64,000 nucleotides of DNA from an uncultured Gemmatimonadales bacterium (GCA_963825815.1 CAWGVB010000008.1:10444-74443); one strand, 5' to 3'; positions 42,523 to 51,107 are shown, counted from the stretch's first letter. Translations and numbers: made by a program. Notes: a model not told the origin generated them from the letters alone.

Positions 42523-43326
42523 TCACAAAATCCTCCAATCCGTCCATATCCCCATCGAGCACAACCTGACATACAGATCGGCAAACGGCACCGCGAAGAG
42601 GCTGATCCAGGCCCACCGCATATGGGCCCGGTTGAAGCAGCTGGAGCAATCGTATAGCCGGCGGCGCACGGGTCGTCGGGAGAGCTGATCCAGGTAGCCG
42701 CCGATCACGTGACGCAGGGAATGGCAGCCAAGGGTATAGCCGCCGAGGAGGACCACGTTGATCAGGAGCACCAGGGTTCCTACCCCGATGCCAAAGGAGG
42801 TCTGTCCCGTTGCGGGATCGGTAAACCAGAGTGCCTGGTAGACGTCGGAGAGGAGCACCAGCAGAAAGAGCAGGGCGATATAGAGGAAATAGCGGTGGAT
42901 GTTCTGCACGATCAGGGGAAAGGCCGCCTCACCGCAGTACGTCTCTCGAGGTTCTCCTACCGCGCAGGCCGGCGGGTCGGCCCAGAACGCCTTGTAGTAC
43001 GCACCCCGGTAGTAGTAGCACGTCACCCGGAAAAGACCGGGGAACGGAAGAATCAGCAGCGCCGGCGAAAACACCAGCCAGCTGGGCCACCAGGTGGGCC
43101 GGGGACCGAACCAGGCGTGGGGCGAGTCGCCGAACAGTTCGGGTGAGTAGAACGGCGAAAGATAGGGCCCGTAGGTGTAATGCTCACCCTGAAAGGCAGC
43201 CCAGGTGGCATAGCAGATGAAGGCCGAGAGCAGCAGGAAGACGGTGACGGGCTGGAGCCACCACCAATCCTTCCGCATGGTCTCGCCGAAACGGCGGCGG
43301 ACGATCGGGAGCTGCGCGTGCGCCAT
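42523..43326 (-). CDS. sdhC: succinate dehydrogenase/fumarate reductase membrane (cytochrome b-like) subunit
   Basis: Intact 267-aa polytopic ORF immediately upstream of sdhA/B, with conserved-looking His residues (NIHRY, HSLRH). The assignment rests mainly on position. Confidence 0.6.
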   Translation of the reverse strand: MAHAQLPIVRRRFGETMRKDWWWLQPVTVFLLLSAFICYATWAAFQGEHYTYGPYLSPFYSPELFGDSPHAWFGPRPTWWPSWLVFSPALLILPFPGLFRVTCYYYRGAYYKAFWADPPACAVGEPRETYCGEAAFPLIVQNIHRYFLYIALLFLLVLLSDVYQALWFTDPATGQTSFGIGVGTLVLLINVVLLGGYTLGCHSLRHVIGGYLDQLSRRPVRRRLYDCSSCFNRAHMRWAWISLFAVPFADLYVRLCSMGIWTDWRIL

Positions 43327-43494
43327 GCCGGTACTCCCCTGGCTGTAATGGGTGCCGCCGGAAGCTGGAACTGCGTGGCCGGCTCCAACGCCGGCCAGCC
43401 GGAGTATTCAAACCGCCAATGGCGCGTCTGTCAATGCCGCGTCGTGGTCAGGCGGTCTCGAACGAAGGGGTGAGCTCGAAGAAGGGAGAAGGCT

Positions 43495-44947
43495 TCAGGT
43501 CGGGTCCTGCTGACCCCAGCGTTGGGACGGTGGAGGCAGGTCCGGATTACGCAGCGGCGGAATCTTGCTGGTAAACGGCACGCCGGTGATTCGGTCGGTG
43601 TTGTCGTCTCGGACTCGATATGCGGCCGGAAAGTCGTCGGACTGCTCCATCCACTGCTGCAGCACCGCCGCCAGCTCCCGCACCTGCTTGGCGTAGCGGG
43701 GCTCGTCGGCCACGTTCCGGAGCTCCCACGGATCGGTTTTCAGATCGTACAGCTCGAGTCGTGCCCGGGGAACCTCGAAGAGCCGGCGCTGGGCCGAGGT
43801 GAGCCGCCCGGCTTTCGCTCGAGCTCGCAACGCAAGGAATGACGGACTGGCCCCAATGTCGGCGGCGGTGCAGAGCGGTAGGTCGGTGTAGGCATCGGTT
43901 CGGATCAGCTTGAACCGGAGCGTGCGCACCGCGCGCTGATGCTCGTCGCAGTCATGCCAATTGCGTTCGCTGAACACGTGGGTTCGGCCGGTGAATTTGG
44001 CGGGCTCGCGTGAGCAGCTCCCTGAAGCTTTGTCCCTGCACCGATTCGGTCGGAGTGGCCCCGGCTACATCAAGCAGCGTGGGAGTCAGGTCCACCGTGC
44101 TCACCAGTCCGCGATCGTACACCGTTCCTGCCGGAATGCGACCTGGCCAGGAAAAGACGAGCGGCGTGCGCGTCCCCGCGTCGTAGAGCGTGCCCTTCTC
44201 TCGGGGAAATGGCGCACCGTTGTCGCTCAGAAAGATCACCAGCGTATTCTGCCGGAGCTCGCGCCGCTCCAGCTCTGCCATCATCTCGCCGATGGCATCG
44301 TCCATGTGGGCGATGGTGTCGTAATAGTTCACCAGGTCAGCCCGGGTGCCGGGAGTGTCTGCCAGATACGGGGTCAACACCACCCGCCCCGGCTGATGCC
44401 GGTGAGCTACGCTCTCGGGATGATAGGGACGATGCGGCTCATGAAACGCTACCCAGAGAAAAAAGGGCCGGGTGGCGGTGGAATCGAGAAAGGCGGGGAA
44501 GGCCGCGGCGGTCTTGGGCGAGTACCACTGGAATTGCTTCTCTCCGTTGGGACCGAGATGGGTCTTGGCCATCAGACCGGTGAAGTAGCCCTGTGCCTGC
44601 AAGTACGACGGAAGCAGGCGCACTCCGTCGGGCAGCGGAGTGTGCAAGTCTTCGGTGCGGGTGGCGTGGGAGTACTTGCCGGAGAGAATGCTGATGCGGG
44701 ACGGGCTGCATTGCGGGCTGGTGCCGAAGGCGTATCTCACCAGCAGTCCTGATCGAGCGAGGCGGTCGATGTTGGGGGTCCGGATGAATCGGTTGCCATA
44801 CACCCCGGTGTCCCGCCAGCCCAGGTCATCGGCCACGAAGATCAGGATGTTGGGGTGATTCTCAGAGGCGGCCTGGGCCAGCGCGGGGGCTGCGGGTAGC
44901 AGCAGAAGGAATATGGCGCAGACCAGCCGGCCGAATAGCGGAGCCAC
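43495..44947 (-). pseudogene. sulfatase (arylsulfatase A family), one frame break near 43975
   Basis: A GTG at 44947 gives the signal ..LLLLPAAPALAQA. Motifs ILIFVADDLGW and the formylglycine site CSPSRISILSG are present. Sense continues in ORF 43495..43977. Confidence 0.85.
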
Positions 44948-44969
44948 CCGTCTGGATGGAAGATCAGCA

Positions 44970-46581
44970 CTACACCATCGAGCCCCGTCGCTCCGGACCC
45001 TGGAAGCGAGCGAGAGCGCCTTGCCGGCGCTCCTTCCCCACCCAGCGACCGAGCCCCTGGCGAGCCACGGCAATGGCCTGCGCCAGCTGGTCGGGGGCGA
45101 ATGGCTTGGGTACGAAGCCGGAGATGCGGACGTCCTCAAAGCGGCGGAGCGCATCGTCATCCCCAATGCCGCTGGTGATCAGGATGGGAACCTCGGCGTT
45201 CTGCTCCCGGATTCGGATGGCTGTCTCGGCCCCGTCGAGCACCGGCATGACGATATCGATCAGCACCAGGATGATCTCCTCGGCCGATCGCTCGAATAGC
45301 TCCAGCCCCTGCGCTCCGTGCTCGGCCGTGAGCACGGTATAGCCCAGCTCCTCCAGCGCATGCTGCAGCAGGCTCCGGATGCCCACCTCGTCATCGATCA
45401 CCAACACCAGTCCCTCGCCCCGGGCCGACTCGGTGAGCGAATCGGCAACTGTCATGGGGGCCTCAGGTCTCTCCTGCTCTGCCGGGAGCAGCACGGAGAA
45501 GGTACTTCCCTTGCCTGGGGTGCTCTGCACCGAGATGCCACCACCATGCGCCCGCACGATACCGAGAGCCGCTGCCAGGCCGAGGCCGCGTCCCAGGAAT
45601 TTGGTGGTGAAGAAGGGATCGAAGATCTGCTGCAGCGTCTTCTCGTCCATGCCGCTGCCGGTGTCCCTCACGAGGATCTCGGTGTACTGGCGGGCCTGCA
45701 GGGAGAACCCGGGATACATCCGGTTGAGCTCCGCCTCGGGGACATCCCTCACCCGTACCCGGATGAAAACCTCGCCCTCCTTGTCGCCAATGGCTTCGGC
45801 ACCATTCAGCACCAGGTTGAGCAGCAGCTGCTGCACCTGGCCCACGTCCGCCTGAATCATCCGGCTCTGCTGCGGGATATCCGAGCGCAGAGTGATCTTC
45901 CGGGATACCGAGGCCTGAACGATGGCCAGTGCATCCCGGGCGACCTGAGAGATATCCACCGGCTGAATCTCCCGGCGGCCCTTGCCCGCGTAGTTGAGCA
46001 GCTGCTTCACCAGATGGGCCGCCCGGTTGCCGGCCCGCTCTGCCGCCACCAGCATGTCCTGCAGCTCGGTCCCGCCCTGCTGCGCCTCGAGACGGCGCCG
46101 AACCATGGCCACGTTGCCCAGAATGGCGGTGAGCACGTTGTTGAAGTCGTGAGCGACTCCGGCCGCGAGCACGCCCACGCTCTCCAGCCGTTGGGTCTGG
46201 CGTACGGCCTCCTCCAGCTGGCGCCGCTCAGTGAAGTCCCGAACGACTTTGGCGTACCCGACGATGCGGCCGTCCTCCTTGAGCGAGATCATCACTCCGG
46301 AAGCCCAGAACCGGCTGCCGTCTTTCCGCAGGTGCCAGCGCTCGTCCTCCGCCCTGCCCTGCTCCGTGGCGACTTGCAGCTCGACCTCGGGCACGCCTGC
46401 CTGGCGGTCCGGGGGAACGAAGATCTCGTGGGCCGAGGTGCCTTCGAGCTCCTGGCGCCGAGAAGCCGAAGAGCTTTTCCGCACCCCGGCTCCAGCGTTG
46501 GACCCGGCCGTCGGGATCGAACAGGATGATGGCGTAGTCTTCGGTGCTTCGCAGGAACAGGTCGAGCAGGCGATCACTCAC
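44970..46581 (-). pseudogene. hybrid sensor histidine kinase/response regulator with PAS domain, one frame break near 46465
   Basis: A GTG at 46581 (VSDRLLDLFLRSTEDYAIILFDPDGRV) leads into ORF 44970..46577. That ORF carries the H-box AAGVAHDFNNVL, N/G boxes (DTGSGMD, GRGLGLA) and a receiver domain (VLVIDDE..VLIDIVMP). Confidence 0.85.
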
Positions 46582-46753
46582 ACGACGCTCCGGGAGATGA
46601 AACTCACGGGTGACGGCTTTCCCGTGCCACTGTGCGATGCTCGAAGGAATTGGGCAGTGACGGTAGTCACGTACCCTGGCTTCCCTTATCGCAGCGCCTT
46701 GTGCAAGCTGATGGGTGCGAAGACAGGTCCGCCGAAGGTCAACGCCGAGACTT

Positions 46754-47332
46754 ATGCCGCCCAAACGAAGAGATCCCCGGCTAACCGGAACGCTCGACGC
46801 GATCCGGCGAATCATCCGGATACTGCGGCGCTCCTCCCGGCGGAGCGAGCAGCAGGTGGGCATTGGTGGCGCTCAGCTGTTCGTGCTGCAGCAGCTCGCG
46901 GACGCGCCCGCCCGGTCGATCAACGATCTGGCCGCCCGCACCTACACCCATCAGAGCTCGGTCTCGGTTGTGGTTCGGCGGCTGGTCGAGCAGGGCCTGG
47001 TGGCTCGGCAGCCTTCCAGCAGTGACCGGCGGCGGCGCGAGCTGAGGCTCACTTCAGCAGGAAAACGCCTGGTAGCCCGGGCCCCGGTACCGGGACAGGT
47101 GCACCTGATCAACGCCCTGCTCAAGCTACCCCGGGCGCAGCTCAGGAATCTGGAGCGAGGTCTGGATCGGCTCGTGGCGGAAATGGGTGGCGAGGGTGAG
47201 CCGCCGGCGATGCTCTTTGCCGATGAGATGCCTTCGACTCAGTCCGCGCCGAGGTCGAGCGGGCGTCGGCACTTGTCACAGAACACTTCCCGGGGCAAGC
47301 GGAAAACCCGGCCGGCCAGGCCCAGCCGCTGA
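46754..47332 (+). CDS. MarR-family transcriptional regulator
   Basis: wHTH ..INDLAARTYTHQSSVSVVVRRLVEQGLVARQPSSSDRRRREL... ATG 46754 is preferred over the GTG at 46715. The last ~90 nt overlap a convergent ORF, so the C-terminus is uncertain. Confidence 0.75.
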   Translation: MPPKRRDPRLTGTLDAIRRIIRILRRSSRRSEQQVGIGGAQLFVLQQLADAPARSINDLAARTYTHQSSVSVVVRRLVEQGLVARQPSSSDRRRRELRLTSAGKRLVARAPVPGQVHLINALLKLPRAQLRNLERGLDRLVAEMGGEGEPPAMLFADEMPSTQSAPRSSGRRHLSQNTSRGKRKTRPARPSR

Positions 47333-47619
47333 TGGGCGCCGCAGTAGGGGCAGGCGCCTTCCGCCGAGCGGATTACCTGCCGCTGATTGAGCCGCATTAC
47401 GGCGAAGATGAGGCCCAAGAGCAACGCGCCCGGGACCAGGACGAAGTGGACCAGCGGAATGGGAAGCGCAATCACCGCCAATGCGCCGCCGGCGGCGAGA
47501 GCAACCCCCGCTCGGCGAACTCGCTGGCCGGTAGTGAGATTCTCTACCACCAGTTGGGCCTGGGTGGGGCTCGCGCCGAATCCTTTGAGCGGCACTTCCA
47601 GCGATTGCGTATTCACCAT
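47239..47619 (-). CDS. hypothetical membrane protein with C-terminal zinc ribbon
   Basis: MVNTQSLEV.. with two TM helices (..ALAAGGALAVIALPIPLVHFVLVPGALLLGLIFAVM..), then CPYC..CDKC. Confidence 0.45.
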   Translation of the reverse strand: MVNTQSLEVPLKGFGASPTQAQLVVENLTTGQRVRRAGVALAAGGALAVIALPIPLVHFVLVPGALLLGLIFAVMRLNQRQVIRSAEGACPYCGAHQRLGLAGRVFRLPREVFCDKCRRPLDLGAD

Positions 47620-47785
47620 TCCTCTGTGACGGCTCAATCATTCCATCAGACCTGTGGAATATATATGGAATTCCATACAATTCAGCGGGTCGGCCATTTG
47701 CCTCCGCTGCTCGCCCCGGAGAGTTTTCCTAGCTCCCCAAACTCGCCATTTGACTCAAGGAACTCGTCAATGCGGACCCAACTTA

Positions 47786-47986
47786 TCAGGGACAGCTGAC
47801 GACGAACTGATATCCGCCAACCTTTGCTCGGGTTCCGCCGTATTCGTTCGCGGTCATATCCCCATGACAGGTGAATTCCCGCTGAGCTGCGAGAGGGCGG
47901 ACGATGAGATTTTCCCGGAATACCAGAACCAGAAGACACACGGCGATGATGGTGAGAATGGACTTGGTGTAGAGGTCGACGTGCAT
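47786..47986 (-). CDS. small (66 aa) single-TM hypothetical protein in an AT-richer spacer
   Basis: MHVDLYTKSILTIIAVCLLVLVF.., with GGAGG 8 nt upstream of the ATG at 47986. Confidence 0.45.
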   Translation of the reverse strand: MHVDLYTKSILTIIAVCLLVLVFRENLIVRPLAAQREFTCHGDMTANEYGGTRAKVGGYQFVVSCP

Positions 47987-48120
47987 GGCAGCGCCCTCCA
48001 AAAGTTGTGTCTCCGCTTGGTGAGTGACTCGCTACCGTAGTATGTCCCACACATCAGACAGGGGCCACCCAGGATTGGAGGGTTCCTGGTCTGTGAACTC
48101 GGTCATGCCCTGACCACAGC

Positions 48121-48148
48121 AAAACGGGCCGACCGAGGTCGACCCGTT
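48121..48148 (-). terminator. rho-independent terminator of the tRNA operon
   Basis: The minus-strand RNA reads AACGGGUCGAC-CUC-GUCGGCCCGUU (11 bp including one G.U) followed by UUUU. It lies 30 nt after the tRNA-Lys 3' end. Confidence 0.65.
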
Positions 48149-48177
48149 GCCACTATTATGGTGCTGTCTGGTTTAAG

Positions 48178-48250
48178 TGCGCCGCGTAGGAATCGAACCT
48201 ACAACCTAGTGATTAAGAGTCACTTGCTCTGCCAATTGAGCTAGCGGCGC
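48178..48250 (-). tRNA. tRNA-Lys (anticodon CTT)
   Basis: Hand-folded cloverleaf: acceptor GCGCCGC/GCGGCGC, anticodon arm AGTGA-CTCTTAA-TCACT, T-arm GTAGG-TTCGATT-CCTAC. No CCA is encoded. Confidence 0.9.
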
Positions 48251-48256
48251 GGGTAG

Positions 48257-48328
48257 TAGCCCCAAGGGGAGTCGAACCCCTCTCTCGACCTTGAAAGGGT
48301 CGCGTCCTAACCGATAGACGATGGGGCC
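48257..48328 (-). tRNA. tRNA-Glu (anticodon TTC)
   Basis: Acceptor GGCCCCA/TGGGGCT (G1.U72), anticodon arm CGACC-CTTTCAA-GGTCG, T-arm AGGGG-TTCGACT-CCCCT. Confidence 0.9.
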
Positions 48329-48341
48329 GTCTCACCTTTCA

Positions 48342-48414
48342 TAGCGCTAACGGGATTCGAACCCGTGTTTGGGCCTTGAGAGGGCCCCGTCCTAGTCCCC
48401 TAGACGATAGCGCC
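48342..48414 (-). tRNA. tRNA-Glu (anticodon CTC)
   Basis: Acceptor GGCGCTA/TAGCGCT (G1.U72), anticodon arm GGGCC-CTCTCAA-GGCCC, T-arm ACGGG-TTCGAAT-CCCGT. Confidence 0.9.
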
Positions 48415-48423
48415 GTGGTACTT

Positions 48424-48544
48424 CAGTCGGGAGTCTACGAGTCGCGAGTCATGCGGCCTACAGGAACGGCTGACGGTGAAGCATCGGTTCCACCGCGTTC
48501 CCGACGTTCCGCTGGCGACTCGCGGCTCGTGACTCGTGACTGAC
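48424..48544. repeat. GACTCGY-family heptamer palindrome inserted between tRNA-Glu(CTC) and tRNA-Trp
   Basis: Left arm CAGTCGGG AGTCTACG AGTCGCG AGTCATG. The right arm is CGACTCGCG GCTCGT GACTCGT GACTG. The ~64-nt centre has nested stems (CGGTG..CACCG, GGAACG..CGTTCC). Confidence 0.7.
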
Positions 48545-48549
48545 ATCCA

Positions 48550-48622
48550 CAGGCCCGGCAGGACTCGAACCTGCAACCCCCGGTTTTGGAGACCGGTGCT
48601 CTACCACTTGAGCTACGGACCT
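48550..48622 (-). tRNA. tRNA-Trp (anticodon CCA)
   Basis: Acceptor AGGTCCG/CGGGCCT, anticodon arm CCGGT-CTCCAAA-ACCGG, T-arm GCAGG-TTCGAGT-CCTGC. Confidence 0.9.
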
Positions 48623-48627
48623 TCGAG

Positions 48628-48702
48628 GGTGGCTGACGGGAATCGAACCCGCAACCTCCGGAGCCACAGTCCGGCGCTCTAACCGATTGAGCTACAACCA
48701 CC
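48628..48702 (-). tRNA. tRNA-His (anticodon GTG) with encoded G-1
   Basis: G-1 plus acceptor GTGGTTG/CAGCCAC with discriminator C, and anticodon arm CCGGA-CTGTGGC-TCCGG. It lies 5 nt from tRNA-Trp. Confidence 0.9.
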
Positions 48703-48725
48703 ACGGGCCAGCGTCCCGAGCCGGG

Positions 48726-48754
48726 AAATATCGCCCGGAAGACCCCCGGGTCAA
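48726..48754 (-). promoter_or_regulatory. candidate sigma70-type promoter of the tRNA operon
   Basis: On the minus strand, TTGACC is followed by 17 nt and then ATATTT, which ends ~23 nt upstream of tRNA-His. The -35 element overlaps the stop of the upstream gene. Confidence 0.35.
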
Positions 48755-49392
48755 GGCCAAAAATGTGCAGCCAATTCGTCTGTCTGCTTGGCCGACGGCA
48801 CCGGATCGTCCTGGACCGCCGAGACTTTGGCCACGCCGCGGACGGCGTTCGCCAGAAAAAGCGGGAGGCCTCTGACCTCGCTCCAGGTGGCCCGCCTCTC
48901 CTCGATTGGACCGGCCAGCTCCATGATCCGGGACCGTCCCACCCCGGGCAGGATCCCGAGTTCCATGGCCGGGGCGCAGAGTTTCCCGCCCTCCCACCAG
49001 AACACGCTCCAGATCGCGGTCTCCGCCAGATAACCTCCGGGAGTAAGCAGCAGCGCGTCATCGGCCTCTGCCCCGCGAGCCTTATCCCGCGCCCGGTCGA
49101 ACTGAGCCCGATCCGTGGTCTTGTGGGGATACGGATGGTGGGCGATCCGGGAGATGATGAGCTTGACCGGTTCGACCGGCTCGACCAGCCGCTCGCTCTC
49201 TTGAACCCCCCGCATTCCAACTTCCCAGCGCACGGTGCGATCGAGACCTCCCTCGGGCGGGGGCAGCTCCCCGGGAAGCGGGATGCCCAGCGCCTTGCAG
49301 CTCGTGGCCAACCGGCGAATGTGGAGATACCAGAGCGGCGCCAGTCCGTTCCTGATCCGCATGGTTTCGATCAGCGCGGGAGTATGCCGCAT
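48751..49392 (-). CDS. class IV aminotransferase-fold protein (aminodeoxychorismate lyase-like)
   Basis: MRHTPALIETMRIRNG.. start at 49392, overlapping the EamA stop (TGATG). It carries ..LLLTPGGYLAETAIWSVFWWEGGKLCAP..GILPGVGRSRI.. and is short for the family. Confidence 0.6.
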   Translation of the reverse strand: MRHTPALIETMRIRNGLAPLWYLHIRRLATSCKALGIPLPGELPPPEGGLDRTVRWEVGMRGVQESERLVEPVEPVKLIISRIAHHPYPHKTTDRAQFDRARDKARGAEADDALLLTPGGYLAETAIWSVFWWEGGKLCAPAMELGILPGVGRSRIMELAGPIEERRATWSEVRGLPLFLANAVRGVAKVSAVQDDPVPSAKQTDELAAHFWP

Positions 49393-50261
49393 CAGGTCAC
49401 CGGAGCCGCCACCCGGCTCTCGCTCCAGCTCTTGTAGGTCGTGGCACCGAGAATGATTGCCCCTCCCAGCAGGGCCCAACTGCCGGGCGTCTCCCGCTGA
49501 ATGATCCAGGCCCAGACCGGATTGAGGACCGGCTCCAGCAGCAGTATCACCGAAGCCTCCAGGGCCGGAATGGAGTGAATGGCTCTGGTCACGAACACAT
49601 AGGCCAGCGCAATCTGGAAGATGCCCAGGTAGCCGATAATCGCCCAGTCACCCGGGCCGTGGGACCCGACCGGCAGCGCCATAGGCAGCGACACCAGAAA
49701 CGCGGTCAGATTTCCGGAGACCACCGCCGCAGCCGGCGATCCGCGGCCTGGCGCGGCGCTCAGCCATCGGAGACCGCCCACGGCAAGCGCCCAGCAGAGG
49801 CCGCTTCCCATGGCCAGCAGGTTTCCCCGGTCGGGATCGGGTGCGGTGACAATTGGTTGCTCCACCCCCACAAAGAACAGCGCCAACCCTGCCGCCACCG
49901 TAGCCATGAAGCCAAGATCCTGGCGGCGCACCGGCTCCTTGAGCAGCCAGGGTGCAAGGATGAGCAGGTATAGTGGAGCGGTTGATTGAAGAAAGATGGT
50001 GTTAGCCGCTGTGGTGAGTCGGTTGGCCAGAACAAACAAAGTCAGGCAGCCGGCATAGGCGACCCCAACCAGCGCTCCAGCCCAGGTCCAGCCCCGTCTT
50101 GCCGCCGGTGTCATCAGCCAGAGGGCCACCGCCGCCAGTCCGGAGCGGAAGCTCGCGATCTGCCACCCGGTGAAGTCGGCGGCCTTGATCGCCGCACCGC
50201 CGGTAGAGAACAGCAGAGCGGCTCCCGCCAACTGCAACCGGGCCAGAGATTTTGGGGTCAT
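49392..50261 (-). CDS. EamA/DMT-family transporter
   Basis: MTPKSLARLQLAGAALLFSTGGAAIKA.. start at 50261, with 10-TM-like composition. The ORF-track N-terminal extension to 50336 translates the heptamer array. Confidence 0.8.
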   Translation of the reverse strand: MTPKSLARLQLAGAALLFSTGGAAIKAADFTGWQIASFRSGLAAVALWLMTPAARRGWTWAGALVGVAYAGCLTLFVLANRLTTAANTIFLQSTAPLYLLILAPWLLKEPVRRQDLGFMATVAAGLALFFVGVEQPIVTAPDPDRGNLLAMGSGLCWALAVGGLRWLSAAPGRGSPAAAVVSGNLTAFLVSLPMALPVGSHGPGDWAIIGYLGIFQIALAYVFVTRAIHSIPALEASVILLLEPVLNPVWAWIIQRETPGSWALLGGAIILGATTYKSWSESRVAAPVT

Positions 50262-50269
50262 GGGGGGAA

Positions 50270-50312
50270 GGTAAGCGGTAAGCGGTGAGCGGTAAGCGGT
50301 GAGCGGGTGAGC
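50270..50312. repeat. tandem heptamer array (GGTRAGC)x5 plus one 8-mer, directly upstream of the EamA start
   Basis: GGTAAGC GGTAAGC GGTGAGC GGTAAGC GGTGAGC GGGTGAGC. Confidence 0.8.
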
Positions 50313-50382
50313 CGAGGTCAGTGACCCCGCCCACATTCATTGGGGACCCGATACGGCATCTTCACTGCCTCGAATCGATCTG

Positions 50383-50417
50383 CACTCGCGACTCGCGTCT
50401 CGTGACTCGCGACTCAT
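50383..50417. repeat. tandem heptamer array of the GACTCGY family (solo arm) upstream of the DUF937 gene
   Basis: CACTCGC GACTCGC GTCTCGT GACTCGC GACTCAT. It ends 17 nt before ATG 50435 (SD AAGAGG at 50423-50428). Confidence 0.8.
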
Positions 50418-50434
50418 CCACTAAGAGGTCCCTC

Positions 50435-51016
50435 ATGTCCCTCCTCGAAATGCTGCAGCAACGTCTCGGCGGCCAGGCGATCAACACCATCAGCCGTCAG
50501 CTCGGCGCCGACCCGGGAACCACCAGCAATGCCGTGGATGCGGCACTGCCCCTCCTCCTGAGTGCGGTAGCCCGGAACGCCGGCAACCCCAGTCAGGCAC
50601 AATCACTGGACCGGGCCATCTCCCAGGACCACGACGGAAGCATTCTGGACGACATCCCGGGCTTCCTCACTCAGGGTGGCGGAGGCGCCGGCGCCGGAAT
50701 TCTGAAGCACGTGCTCGGCGGCAGACAGCAGAACGTTCAGACCGGCCTCAGTCAGGCCACGGGATTGGACGCCGGCAAGACCGCTCAACTCCTGACCATG
50801 CTGGCGCCGCTCGTGATGGGCGCGCTCGGCCGGGCCAAACGGGAGAATCAGCTCGACAGCAACGGGCTCTCCACCATGCTCACCGGGGAGCACGAGCGAC
50901 TCAAGGAGTCGGCTCCCGGCGTCATGGGGGCGCTGAGCCGTTTCCTCGACCAGAACAACGATGGGAACGTGATGGACGACGTGAGTGGAATGCTGGGCAA
51001 GGCGTTTAATAGGTAG
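50435..51016 (+). CDS. DUF937 domain protein
   Basis: MSLLEMLQQRLGGQAINTISRQLG.., ..DHDGSILDD.., ..LLTMLAPLVMGALGR.., ..DQNNDGNVMDD... Confidence 0.8.
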   Translation: MSLLEMLQQRLGGQAINTISRQLGADPGTTSNAVDAALPLLLSAVARNAGNPSQAQSLDRAISQDHDGSILDDIPGFLTQGGGGAGAGILKHVLGGRQQNVQTGLSQATGLDAGKTAQLLTMLAPLVMGALGRAKRENQLDSNGLSTMLTGEHERLKESAPGVMGALSRFLDQNNDGNVMDDVSGMLGKAFNR

Positions 51017-51017
51017 T

Positions 51018-51107
51018 CGGAGAGGCGGAGGGGCGGAGGGTGGTCTCCCGATCGTCACTCTCCGCCTCTCCGGCCCTCCGCCCCTCCTTCCCGTTCTTCC
51101 CCTTCTC
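51018..51107. repeat. G-rich/C-rich octamer-array inverted repeat between convergent genes (bidirectional terminator candidate)
   Basis: Left arm CGGAGAGG CGGAGGGG CGGAGGGTGG. After a 14-nt centre comes the right arm CTCTCCGC CTCTCCGG CCCTCCGC CCCTCC, then a TTCCC-rich tail. It starts 2 nt after the DUF937 TAG. Confidence 0.65.

Noticed and set aside
45318-46529. 403-aa plus-strand ORF
   Set aside because: It is antisense to the hybrid histidine kinase and is a shadow ORF.
48121-48760. tRNA cluster as an integration site of a genomic island or prophage
   Set aside because: There is no integrase, recombinase or phage gene on either side. I could not find a direct repeat of a tRNA 3' end.
49392-50336. 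Extended EamA N-terminus (MWAGSLTSAHPLTAYRSPLTAYLPP..) from the ORF track
   Set aside because: The extension is simply the translation of the heptamer array. The conserved transporter sequence starts at MTPKSL (50261).
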